Shown here piece by piece: positions 14,216 through 26,721 of a stretch of DNA of 64,000 nt; position 1 is the stretch's first letter, and the number at the start of each line of letters is the position of its first letter. The DNA comes from the human T2T-CHM13v2.0 reference genome, Homo sapiens, in NCBI RefSeq assembly GCF_009914755.1, contig NC_060934.1; one strand, 5' to 3'. The position numbers and the translations under genes were made by a program. The notes under the pieces were generated by a model. That model was not told the origin of the DNA, did not search any database, and saw nothing but the letters and a program-made list of their open reading frames with translations.

Positions 14216-15669
14216 CTGCAAAAAGAAAGTGGGAGATACCACATTAAAAACACATGAACAGTTGCTACATTTTCTTTAGCCTTGAACTCTAGGCAATTTT
14301 TTTTTCTCAGTGGAATATGATTCACATGAGGATCCAGACCTGTGATTACCAGCAGTGTGTTTAACAGTGACATGACCTGCACGCACAAGGAACAAGCTTT
14401 TCCACTCTTCAATGACAGGAATTCACGAAGCATGGGGAATGCATTCCTGGGAAGTTTATCTTGCAAGGAGAAGATTTGAAGCAGAAGTCATTTCCCCACA
14501 AGGATAGAAAACATGCAAGTGACGTTTCAGACATGAGCCATCCTTCTCTCATTACTTTCCTCTCATTGTAGAGTGGGGCCAGTTAAACTGAGGAACGTTC
14601 TGTATGGGGAGATGAATCCTGAGGTGACAGAATAGTGAGGTGCCAACCTCATTTGGGGAAACAGCCTGATGTGGTCAAAGACCCCACATCCACATGGCTG
14701 AACCCCACGTTCCTGCACTCCTTTAGGAGAAAATTCTGCCCTGACAAAAATGACTTTTCGAAAGTCTGCTACATGTTCACTGTGCTGCAGTGGAGTCTGT
14801 TTTCAGCCCTGAGTTCGTTTTGCAAATGTCCTAGAACTTACTATTTTATCTCAGGTTCCATGCTGGGTCCATCTGCTGGCTGGATAAATATTTTGAGAAT
14901 TCCAATAAATCACACAGAATATCGCATTAACATTCTTTATTTTAGACCCACTGAATACAAAGACCTAATTTTCTGTTCCCCACTCCCACCCTTGAGAATT
15001 ATGATTTCTTTCACACAGTTTCTCTTTGTAGTCACAGGAGCAATAATAGTATGCCCATCTCTATGGAATGAAGAAAAGAAATTTCTACATGGCCGATGTA
15101 GGCTGCATCACAAAAGATGAAATGAGAGTGCTCAGTATGTCATGAAAACCTGGAAAAACCTACTAGACAAACAGAAGGACGGAGTCCAGACTCCCTAGCA
15201 TGGCACACACAGGTCCTCACATGCTGGCCTTGGCCGGTTTCTCCAGCCTCTTCTCTGACCAAGAACCCAAGGTCCTTCACTCCAGCATGCTAACCTGCTC
15301 TTCGTTCCCGATGGCCCCAGGTACACTCGCCAAGCCTCTGATGTTCTGCATGCTTGGTCTGGGGCCCATCTGTGCCTATCCAGCTGTACCTAAGCTGCCT
15401 GCCAGCTGGTCTGCATTGCCAGATGAGAAAATGGAAAACACAAAGCAGAGAGTCACTTAGAGCCTCCCAGGAAACAGAGAGATGAAGATAATCTGGAGAG
15501 GAAAGCTAAGGCAGGGAGATCAGATGTAGGAGGTAATCTAGGAAAGTGTCGTTTTTATACAAGCCCAAGGAAAAGAAAGCTGCAAAAATAAGAGAGTGAC
15601 AAAGAATGCCAAATCCTGCAGAGAAGTAAGGAAGGGTGAAGACCTTTATGCACTGAACTTGGCAATTTT

Positions 15670-16010
15670 GTCATGTCCTTTGTAGGGACGTGGATGGAAC
15701 TGGAAGCCATTATCCTCAGCAAACTAACATAGGAACAGAAAAACCAAACACTGCATGTTCTCACTTATAAGTGGGAGTTGAACAATGAGAACACATGGAC
15801 ACAGGGAGGGGTACATCACACACTGGGGCCTGTCAGGGTAGGGGGGCGGGGGGAGGGAGAACATGAGGAAAAATAGCTAATGCATGTTGGGCTTAATACC
15901 TAGGTAATGGGTTGACAGGTGCAGCAAACCACCATGGCACATGTTTACCTATGTAATAAACGTGCACATCCTTCACAGGTACCCCAAAACTTAAAATTAA
16001 ATTTAAAAAG
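15670..16010 (+). mobile_element. Older L1PA 3' end (ORF2 C-terminus plus 3' UTR with G-rich tract)
   Basis: tggatggaactggaagccattatcctcagcaaactaac ... gctaatgcatgttgggcttaatacctagg. Confidence 0.88.
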
Positions 16011-16017
16011 ATATTAT

Positions 16018-16323
16018 GAGCCAGGCTTATGCCTGTAATCTCACCACTTTGGGAGGCCGAGTCAGGAGGATCTTGACTTGAGGCCAGGTGTTTGAGACCA
16101 GACTGGGCAACATAGTGATACCTCATTGCTAATTAAAAAAAAAATAGCCAATGTGGTGGGACAAGCCTGTAGTCCCAGATACTTGGGAGGCTGAAGCAGG
16201 AGGATCATCTAAGCCCAGGAGTTCAAGACTGCAGTGAGCTACGATCATGCCACTGAATTCTCAGCCTGGGCAACAGAGTGAGGCCCTGCTTCTAAAAAAA
16301 ATAAAAAGAAAAAAAGAACAAAA
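16018..16323 (+). mobile_element. Alu (AluJ-like)
   Basis: Diverged dimer, gagttcaagactgcagtgagc right arm. Confidence 0.88.
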
Positions 16324-16917
16324 TTACAGATGTCCTTTTATGAGGACAGATTGGTGGAGGTGGAAATTTAACTGCAGTAGCTCAAGAGTGAAAGGATTTT
16401 AACAAATGGATAATTATTTAAAAAGATATGAAATTAAATCCTTCTGTTGTTCTTATATTAAATTCCCTACGGCTGAGAGACAAGATGAGCCTTGTCCCCC
16501 AAATAAGGCATGAAAACAAATATTGATGTTTGTAGCAACACTATTTATAATAGAGAAGAAAAACTGTAGCTTAACACTTTGTAGGCATATACAGGTTACT
16601 GATTAAATAAGTTATGATCTATTTATACAGAATACTACTGGACAGGTTTTAAAAATGATGGCATGAAGCTCCATTGGAATTTAGAAAGATACAAGATATT
16701 AGTAAGGGGAAAAGACAGGTTTACAACAGCAAATGTAGTAAGATTGTATTTTTAATAAAAATGGATGTATCTGACATTGTAGATCTATAAATAGAAATAA
16801 TCTGGAAGGGCAGTCCTCAAAGTGTTAGAGTAGTGGAGATCCGATGATATTAAGGAAGTTTTGCTTATTTCTTTTTAGGTATGATAATAATGTTGTAGAT
16901 TTTAAAAGGGTCTCCTT

Positions 16918-17202
16918 ATTTATTTATTTTTCATTTTTATAGACACGGTCTCACTCTGTCGGTCAGGCTGGAGCATAATGGGTACAATCGCAGCTCATTA
17001 CAGCAGAGTGATCCTCCTGCTTTAGCCTCCCAAATAGCTAGGACTACAGGCACATCCTGCTGCACCTGCTGAATTTCATTTTTGTAAAGACAGCATCTTG
17101 CTATGTTGCCAAGGCTGGTCCTGAACACCTGGGCTCAAGTGATCCTCCTGCCTCAGCCTCCCAAAACATTGAGATTACAGGTGTAAGTCACTGTGCCTGG
17201 CC
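16918..17202 (-). mobile_element. Alu (AluJ-like, internal deletion) within an old L1M remnant at about 16520-17480
   Basis: Alu motifs, approximate TSD gtctccttat. Confidence 0.85.
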
Positions 17203-17221
17203 AAGTCTCCTTATCTGTTGG

Positions 17222-17222
<1 letters not shown>

Positions 17223-17272
<50 letters not shown>

Positions 17273-17280
17273 TGTATGTA
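17223..17280. repeat. (TA)n microsatellite
   Basis: Interrupted TA run of about 58 nt. Confidence 0.95.
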
Positions 17281-17802
17281 AAATGTTTATGGATGTGGAA
17301 AAATAAGTTAATGCATAAATAAATGGAAAAATAACAGTAAACAGGTGGTAACACTATTATTTAAAATGCTCTTCTTTATGTTTTTACATGTTGCTTGATA
17401 TATTCTTATGATAGCATTTAGCGTTCTTAACATAAAAATCATGAACAATGTACAAAAATGTAAAATTGTAAAAAAAGTAAATGAGAAATGAAAAAGTAGA
17501 GATAGCAAGCACAGCTTGGCTGTAAATGGAAGGGGAAAGAGGTCCGTTCTTGGAAGAGAATACAGAGTCAAATTACTGCACTTACTGTTTGTTTTGAAGA
17601 TGGGAGAAATTTAACAAAGTTTATAGAACCCAAGGAATGTCCAAGGAGAGAGGAAGAAGTTGAAGATACGGGAAATGGAGATACTTGATGTACCAAAGTT
17701 AATTCATGGAGCTGGAGGAATAATCCTCCTTTCTCTGGAAGTGTTAGAAAGCAATTGAGGATGGAAGAGAGATGATTAGGGGCATGTGGAAGGGTGGGGT
17801 GG

Positions 17803-18181
17803 TGTATTAGTCCATTCACACACCCCTATAAAGAACTGTCCAAGACTGGGTAATTTATAAAGGAAAGAGGTTTAATTGACTCACAGTTCTCCCTGGCTGG
17901 GGAGGCCTCAGGAAACTTACAATCATGGCAGAAGGTGAAGGGGGAGCAAGGTACCTTCTTCACAAGGTGGCAGGAGGGAGAATGAACAGGAGAGGAAATA
18001 CCAGACACTTATAAAAACATCAAATCTCGTGAGAACTCACTCACTATCACGAGAAAAGCATGGCTGAAACCACCCCCGTGATCCAATTACCTCCACCTGG
18101 TCTCTCTCTTGACACATGCGGATTATGGGGATTATAATTCAAGATGAGATTTGTGTGGGGGCACAAAGCCTAACCCTATCA
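17803..18181 (-). mobile_element. THE1/MST solo LTR
   Basis: tgtattagtcc ... aaccctatca, perfect 5-bp TSD ggtgg. Confidence 0.9.
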
Positions 18182-18870
18182 GGTGGGGAGGGGTTTGGGA
18201 TGGGGAAATGGATCATTCCTAATAGTAATGATAGAGCTATTGCGTAGGAAGGACAGAGAGAGTGGTGAAGGTTTAGACAAGGCAACGAGGAGGGTGCTAT
18301 CATCACAATGGCAGATGCCCCTGCGAAGCTGGCGGCTCCGTGAACGTGCGCCCCGACATCAATCTGTCATGGCGCCATCAGGCTATGGGGTAGAGAAGCC
18401 AGGCTGTGGGACTGTGCATGACTGAGATTTTCAGGGCAGGGGCTTGGAAGGATATTAGAAACAGGAGGTTATGGGGGCTTGTAAAAGCGTGTTTCAAGTA
18501 ACTCATCATGGAGTCCAGGCTTGGCAGGAAAGAAGGTATGGCCAGAGGAAGTCCTGAGAGTGGGATGGGGTAACTGTGTCAGAGAAAGCATTTATACCAG
18601 GGAAGAAAAATTTTCTTGAAGAGAACAAGTGAGACCATCATAAAAACAGGAGATTGAATTGGAGGAGAAAGGAAAGTTGAGTCGAATGTCTTGGAGGCAG
18701 GGTAGCTTGAGGTGTTGTTGACCAGTGGCAGAAACCCTGGGAGGTGGAGTGCATGGACCGGAGGGTAGGCCTTGGATAGCCCAGCACTGTGGGCCCTGGG
18801 ACATCCCAGAACCATGGCAGAGCCTGGCACAATGAGGAGGAGGGGAAGCCCCACAGTTGATCGAGGATGC

Positions 18871-19297
18871 TGTTATGGTTTGGATATTTGTCCTCCCAAA
18901 TCTCATGTCGAGTTTTAATTCCCAATGTGGGAGGTGGGGCCTGGTGGGAGATGCTGGGGTCACGGGGGTGGATCCCTCATGAATGGCTTGGGCCATCCCA
19001 TTGGCGCTAAGTGAGCTTCCACTCTGAGTTCATATGAGATCTAGTTGTTTAAAAGTGTGTGGCACTCCCTGCCCACCCACCCTCTCTCTCTTGGTTCTGC
19101 TTTCACCATGTGAAGTGCCTGCTCCCCACTCTGTCTTCTGCTATGAGTAAAAGCTCCTTCAGGCCTCCCAGAAGCCAAGCAGTTGCCAGCTCCATGCTTC
19201 TTGTACAGCCTGCAGAACCGTGAGCCAATTAAACCTCTTTTCTTTGTGAATTACCCAGTGTTATGTATTTCTAGCCAGGCAAGAATGGCCTAATACA
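18871..19297 (+). mobile_element. MST (MSTB-like) solo LTR
   Basis: tgttatggtttggatatttgtcc ... agaatggcctaataca, perfect 5-bp TSD gatgc. Confidence 0.9.
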
Positions 19298-19651
19298 GAT
19301 GCCCAGTGATGGAGGATCTGATAGAACAGTTTTGATGGTATCAGATAAAAAGTGAGCTTAGACAGAAAATTAAGAATTGTGGAAATCACTAGCTAAAATT
19401 CTCTCATATGTTTTCTATCATATACTATGTGGGTGTACATGTAGATTTTGCTTTGAGATGAATCATGTAAATTTTTTATAGGTCATTGACAATTATGTTA
19501 CAGAGGTTAACTCTGTGGTTAACCAAGCTACAGAGAAGAGGCACTATAAAAAACAAGGGACTGACTCTTTATTCCCAAGATATAGCCTATTATTATTATT
19601 ATTAGCAGTAAGCAGTAATAGTAGTGGTGGTGCTAAAACAATAGCCCAAAC

Positions 19652-19957
19652 AGCCAGGTGCGGTGGCTCACGCCGGTAATCCCAGCACTTTGGGAGGCCG
19701 AGGCAGGCAGATCACTTGAGGCCAGGAGTTCGAGACCAGCCTGGCCAACATGGCAAAACCCCATTTCTACCAAAAATACAAAAATCAGCCAGGCTGGTGG
19801 TGGTGCACACCTGTAATCCCAGCTACTCAGGATGCTGAGGCAGGAGAGGTGCTTGAACCTCGGAGGCAGAGGCTGCCATGAGCCAAGATAGTGCCACTGC
19901 ACTCTAGCAGCCTGGGTGACAGAGTGAGGCTGTCTCCAAAAAAAAAAAAAACAAAAA
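19652..19957 (+). mobile_element. Alu (AluS)
   Basis: Full-length dimer. Confidence 0.92.
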
Positions 19958-21589
19958 CCAATACCCCAAAGAAAACTCTTTAACTTCCGGTGTGGTTTCA
20001 TCAGATGTATCTTGTGTACAAATAAAGAACATGTCCTATTGGGGTAAATTGTCATTCACAAACATTTTAAGTGGTCTCTCAATAAAACACAGGGCTTACT
20101 TTGAGCTACAGAATGACAGTGTCACGTGGCAGGGGTTGATGGAACACATCTCTTTCTTTTGTGACACAGTTTTACAAATAGAGGAATGCCACTCTTAAAC
20201 ACCATAGTCAAAAGATCTCCAAATAGCTTGCAAACCAGCTTTCTGAAATGACATTCCAGAAATTATTTAAAAACAAAACAAAACAAAAAGGAAGAAGCTA
20301 CCCAAGAAATCTAAACAACAGTTAAAGCCCATTTTCTACATGAACATTTGGAGCCTCTTTCACAATTGACAGTGAACCTACAGGCCATGGTTTTCCACTG
20401 AGGGTGGAGGACGCTGGCCTCTTAGCATCCATGATAGGCAGACAGTTCCCAGGACAATTCATTAAGTGCTAGGAGAAGCTGGTGGTCACCACTAAAGTGT
20501 CTTCTGTAGAACAAATGAAAATGACTTCTTTCTGCAATAAGGAAATAATTGTTGGTAAACATGTTTCTTTTTACAGCTGCTACTCAGAATTTAGCCCAAC
20601 AGGAATTTTCTATTTTCATCATTCTTTACCAAACTCTTCACTGTGTCATAGGTTTAAATTTATGGATTAAAGGGATACTGTGCAGCCAGGATGTGCAGTA
20701 CAGTCGGAAATGTGGCATTTGAAAAAAGGAGTTGGGTGAAATTAGATGAAGGGCCCTGTGAACCCAAACAAAAGCAATGCACACTATCTTTTTCTTGTTT
20801 GTAATTTGTTTTTGGATTTCAGGTATTCCTAGCACACAAGAAACAACAGACAACTCTCATGTACTTTGCCTATAATTAAACCGAAGTGGAGACAAGCCCT
20901 GGGGGGCAGTCCACCATGTAATTTTCTTTAAGACATGAATGTTGAGGATTTGTAGGGAAAGAAAACCCCCACTTTTTTAACCTCCTGAAAAGTTCATGCA
21001 AAGCACAACTAAAAGAATCTACTCACTCCACTGGTGATGTTGATGCTTTCTTAGTATTTGAACATGGTGTTTTTACATTCCAAAATATATGTGCAAACCT
21101 GAAGACCATCTCAAAGAGAAGGTAAAAATCTCAGACTGTGTAATTCTTTTTGATGGTCGAGAATTGGATCTTCAGGCACTCTTAAAAAGGCAAATACAAT
21201 TCTTCTATCACAGGTAGCATTCCCATAAGAAAGAGGAAGCATACCTAGGACAGACTGACCAGGTCCAGGGGCAAGCCATAGATGTCACTAGTACGTCACA
21301 ATTGGAGAGGAAGTAAATTAAAATTGACTACTGTTTTCCTGATCAGACCTTCTAAAATAATAAACAGCTAAGTTCTTTTTTGTTTTGTTTTGTTTTGTTC
21401 TGTTTTTTTCTGGGAGGAGAGTTTATAGAAGACAGCCGAGTATTGAAGGGGCAAGTAACAGCCATCAAATAATGCTTCAGCTAGGACATAAATTACGGTT
21501 CCTGTGGTCAAGGCTGTCAAAATGATTCCACAAAGAAATCAGGAGTTAATGGTAAAGATATACTAAATAATCTTCTTCCTTTCATGTCC

Positions 21590-21592
<3 letters not shown>

Positions 21593-21627
<35 letters not shown>

Positions 21628-21908
21628 AGACAGAGTCTTGCTCTGTTACTCAGACTGGAGTGTAGTGACGTGATCTCAGCTCTCTGCAACCTCTGTCTCC
21701 CGGGTTCAAGCGATTCTCCTGCCTCAGCCTCCTGAGTAGCTGGGATTGCAGGCACCCACCACCACGCCCAGCTAATTTTTGTACTTTTAGCAGAGATGGG
21801 GTTTTGCCATGGTTGCCAGGCTGGTCTTGAACTCCTGACTTCAAGTGATCCTCCTGCCTTGGCCTCCCAAAGTGCTGGGATTACAGGCATGAGCCACTGT
21901 GCCTAGCC
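21593..21908 (-). mobile_element. Alu (AluS) with a tail of about 35 T
   Basis: Full length, TSD atgtc(c/t)tgattttt. Confidence 0.92.
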
Positions 21909-22547
21909 ATATGTCTTGATTTTTAAGGGTATGTGTGTGTGTGCGCACGCGTGAGTGAGAGACAGAGGGAAAGAGGTCAAGAACTGTTGTGCTAGGAAGT
22001 AACGAGCGCCTGCATTCTGAATTAAGGAAAACCAGTACACGAAGGCAGTTAGGAAGAAGAAAGTACCCTAAAGGATAAGACAAAACTATGCAAATTTGCC
22101 AAGCCACTGTCTGCGGGCCCACTCATTCTAAAACATAACTCTAAAACTCTCATTCCTAAAGAACGGACGGTTTCTGTGTCTCCGCTTTCCATGTTTGTAC
22201 TATCTGGTTGTAATTTGGACTTCCCATGGGACTGGTCTGGTTCAGGAGACATTCTCGGCGGCAACCTCCAGCTTTCCACGGCTCTCACAGCAGTTTTTAC
22301 AAACAGCATCAGCTTTCTCTCATGTTAAGCCCTTCTTAGTCTATAGAGTCTTTCAGGCCACTTTTATCTCAGGATTATTTTCCTGAACTTGGGCCCCAAA
22401 TGGTGTTCCATAGTCTTAACATAGGTTATATGTGGGCATCTTATCGGTCTTCCTCTCCTAGGTACGGTTTCACATCTAAGCCTTTTCCCTCTGCATCTCA
22501 CACTTAGCTGTCTATTACAAAATCTTGCCAATTAAAGAAAAATCCTA

Positions 22548-22847
22548 GGCCGGGCATGGTGGCTCACGCCTGTAATCCCAGCACTTTGGGAGGTCGAGGT
22601 GGGTGAATTGCCTGAGCTCAGGAGTTTGAGACCAGCCTTGGCAACATGGTGAAACCGCATCTCTACAAATAAATACAAAAATCAGCAAGGTGGGTGGTAC
22701 ATTCCTGTAGTCCCAGCTACTTGGGAGACTGAAATGGGAGGATTGCTTGAGCCTGGGAGACAGGTTGTTGCAGTGAGCAGAGATAGTGCCACTGCACTCC
22801 AGCCCATGCAACAGAGTGAGACCTCGTCTTAAAAAAAGAAAAAAAAA
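22548..22847 (+). mobile_element. Alu (AluJ-like), first of a tandem pair
   Basis: Full-length dimer whose A-tail abuts the next Alu. Confidence 0.9.
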
Positions 22848-22849
22848 GA

Positions 22850-23208
22850 GGCCGGGTGCAGTGGCTCACTCCTGTAATCCCAGCACTCTGGGAGGCTGAG
22901 GAGTGCTGGGATTACAGGAGTGAGCCACTGCACCCGGCCTCTGAGGAGGGCAGATCACCTGAGGTCAAGGGTTCGAGACCAGCCTGGCCAACATGGTGAA
23001 AACCCATCTCTACTAAAAATACAAAAACTATCCAGGTGTGGTGGCGGGTGCCAATCCTAGCTACTCAGGAGGTTGAGGCAGGAGAATGACCTGAACCCAG
23101 GGGTCAAAGGTTGCAGTGAGCTGAGATTTCACCACTGAACTCTAGACTGACTGACAGAGTAAGACCCCATCTCAAAAAAAAAAAGAAGAAAAAAATAGAA
23201 AAAGAAGA
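22850..23208 (+). mobile_element. Alu (AluS) carrying an internal inverted duplication
   Basis: Alu 5' end is followed by its own reverse complement (22901-22942) before the left arm resumes. Confidence 0.9.
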
Positions 23209-23927
23209 ATCCTTTACTCATTATGAAACTTTTGGCTCCTCAATAGGTTTTACTTTTTCAACCTCATCTTATCTAAAGATAACAGTCTGTGTGCAGGACT
23301 CTCCAAACCCTAGGATAAAGCCCATCAAATAAGAAAATTGATAGTTTGAAATAATTATTGTACTGGCTTTAGATTAGTTGAGAAATACTTTACTCAACTC
23401 TAAAATTTTATTCCAAGAAGGATCTGGAAAAAAATTAGCTCTAATGGATTGCTTTGGATGCTGCAGACAGTTGAACATTTCAAAATGTTGTAGATGGTAC
23501 GATGTGAATAAGGTGCCATGTTAAAATCCTCTATCTCTGACCTAGACCCTGAAGCCTGGAGGGAGACCCTTCCCGGGCATCTGCTTATGCCCCTAAACTT
23601 ACAGAAAACACAACTGAACCTGATGAAGCAGAAACTATCACCGGAGAAACAGGAACTCAAAGGCAGAGACATTTTCATTGGGAGGCAAAAGAGAAAGTGG
23701 GAAGGGACATCCTCAAGGCACTTCCATGCCCCTAGGCTGACCTCAGTTGGGCCCTGGGGACAATTCACAGGGGAAACACCAGTTGTGCAGCTCACCCAGC
23801 CCTTCCTGATCTCCTGCAGCCCCCAGGCTGTTGCCCACCCTTGATTCCACCTTCCCTCACGCCCTAAGGGTTGAAAGTGTCAACAAACCAAGCTGAGTGA
23901 ATCCCATAAACCCTGATATGAGGCAAG

Positions 23928-24242
23928 TATTTATTTATTTATTTGTTTAGAGGCAGGATGTCATGCTGTTGCCCAAGCTGGAGTACAGTAGTGTGATCAT
24001 AGCTCACTGCAGCCTCCAACTTCTGGGTTCAAGTAATTCTCCTTTCTCAGTCTCCTGAGCAGCTGGGACTCCAGGGACTACAGGCATGTGTCATCATGCC
24101 TGGCTAATTTGTTTTTATTTTTTGTAGAAATGGGGTCTTGCTATGTTGTCCAGGCTGCTCTCAAACTCCTGGCCTCAAGTGATCCTCCCACTTCAGCTTC
24201 CCAAAGAGTTGGGATCATAGGCACGAGCCATGCTCCTGGTCC
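23928..24242 (-). mobile_element. Alu (AluJ-like)
   Basis: gatcatagctcactgcagcctc, (TTTA)n tail. Confidence 0.88.
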
Positions 24243-24609
24243 AAGACAAATATTCAGAATAAGAACTCACTGACTTCTAGAAGCATTTGTGTGTGTCTGC
24301 CCCTGCCCCATCCCAATTTAGTTGCTAATGCTCTGTGTTTGGGCAACAAGTGAGATGGTTGTGGATGAGAACTTTTCACCACTGTTTTTTAAACAGCCAC
24401 AGGTTACAGGATGATCCCAGTGGTAGCTTATAAAAGCAGTCAGTGTCTCCTCCTGAAACTTTGGGGACATTAGGGTAGCTTGCTGAGATAACCAAACTAT
24501 AACCAGTTTCTACTGTGATAAAAAATACCTGAACCTTGTTTGGGTCTTATCAGATGCTGAGACTTATGTGAGAAGACTTTCAGAGTTATGTTGTATTTGG
24601 AGTGCATAT

Positions 24610-24790
24610 CCAGGTTATAGACCGGTTGTATTTCAGAAGGTTTTAGGCTAGATGTTTGGCATTCAGAATGCATTTCTCTTTAGAAATGATGTTTTAAATG
24701 GTGTTTCAGTTCTCAAGCCAGTCCACAAAAACCCAACTTAATCCTCAATAGGGCTTTGATGCCGTCAAAGTATGTATTTGTAAGGAAAAT
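24610..24790. mobile_element. Possible Tigger-like DNA transposon fragment
   Basis: cagaatgcatttctctttagaaatgatgttttaaatggtg resembles ancient TcMar-Tigger interiors. Recognised by eye only. Confidence 0.35.
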
Positions 24791-25611
24791 AACAATGTCC
24801 AGGACTGCTGCCATATGAGTAATTTAAAAAATAGAAGAAAATCCATTTGTTAAGTACATTACATTCAGCACATTACATTAGGTGGAAATCGATTTAACTG
24901 AGAAAAATTAGGAAGTATGTGGGAACTTGCAGGGATTCTCAGGGCATATTTGGGAAGTTGTGAAGGCTTTAGAGTTAGTGGCAATGGATCCCTGGAGTGT
25001 GTGACCTCTAAAATGCTTCTTAGGAAGTCTGGCTTATTTTTCACAAGTTTTCCTAGAGATCTGTGGGGATCAGGGAGAGGTAACGAAGAAGAGAGCATTT
25101 TTCCAGTGGGAAGTGGGCAACTTAAGAACACATAAGGAAAGGGGACGTTGACTACAAAGTGTATCTGAACACGAGGGAAAGGGATTTTGCTGAAAGAAAA
25201 TCAATGGAATGATTAAAGAGGAAAACGTAGGAAGGAAATGGCCAATCCCTCAGCTTTAGAAAGCTGGGGAGAGAGCGCCTCTCTTACAGGCCCACGGTGG
25301 CCTGGGACATTTTGGGGGCTAGTCCAGTGGGGACTGGAGCATCCTCAGAAAGGGTGAAGAATGTGTAGACATGAACTACTCACAGATGCAGCTGTTTTAT
25401 GAGGCACTTACTATCTAGATCACTCTTCTTGTAAAGAAACTGTAGAACCAAATAATCAGGAATTGAAGCTTAGTTCACTTCCCCGGTGAGTAAGATTGGA
25501 TACTGGAATTGAATTCTTGCCTTGACAAATGTTATTTCTGCTGCCTCCCTGTTCCTTTTAGTAAGCCCATCCTCTGTCTGCTTCTTACTAAAAATAAAAC
25601 TAACTATACAA

Positions 25612-25727
25612 TTTTTTTAAAGAGATGAAGTCTTGCTATGTTGCCCAGGCTGACCTCAAACTCCTGGCCTTACGTGATCCTCCCACCTCAGCCTTCCGAG
25701 TAGCTACAAACATCGCTGTGCCTGGCT
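25612..25727 (-). mobile_element. FLAM monomer
   Basis: gagatgaagtcttgctatgttgcccaggctg...gatcctcccacctcagcc. Confidence 0.8.
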
Positions 25728-26331
25728 ATGGCACAGTTTTGTTTTTTTAACAGCAATTCATTTTCATGCTAATTTGAATTTAAAATGGTTATTAAAATTA
25801 AAAATTTCTCAGATCTATTCTGTTGAAGACAACAACAGGTAAGAGATTATTTGTTTTTCACTAAAGTCCAAGTCATATCAAGAAAAGATGACGTTTGCAT
25901 TCTCTAGGAAAAATTAAATTGCCATGTAAGTTAATAGCAACTTCACCAAAAAATTATTTAGCATCATAAGAGGAGAATAATTTCCAGTACTCTCAATTAT
26001 TTATAGTCACTAATGTAAACTCTCTTGATTATCTGTTTTTTAATGTCTATTAATAAAAGCTCCTTTAGACTCTCTGGAGCATTTATTAAGTATAGGTGAC
26101 AGTACTTTGAGAACCTGAAAGTAATAACATTTCAACTTCTCTATGAATTTAGAATTTCAAAAATTCACAAATTGCTATGATTAGTTATTTAAGGGAGATA
26201 TTACTTTATATTGTATTTAAATCTTATATTCAATTTCCACAGATTGAAAGTTTTAGGAAAATGAACATAATTGAATTGCATTTTTAAAAGTATTAGCCTC
26301 AGACAGAATTTTACTCCAAGCACATACATTA

Positions 26332-26721
<390 letters not shown>

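Noticed and set aside
14635-15120. Longest ORF in the track (161 aa, + strand)
   Set aside because: GTG start, no recognisable domain, composition typical of intron, antisense to ITGA8. Consistent with chance.
15835-15860. G-quadruplex-like G-tract
   Set aside because: The normal G-rich tract of the L1PA 3' UTR.
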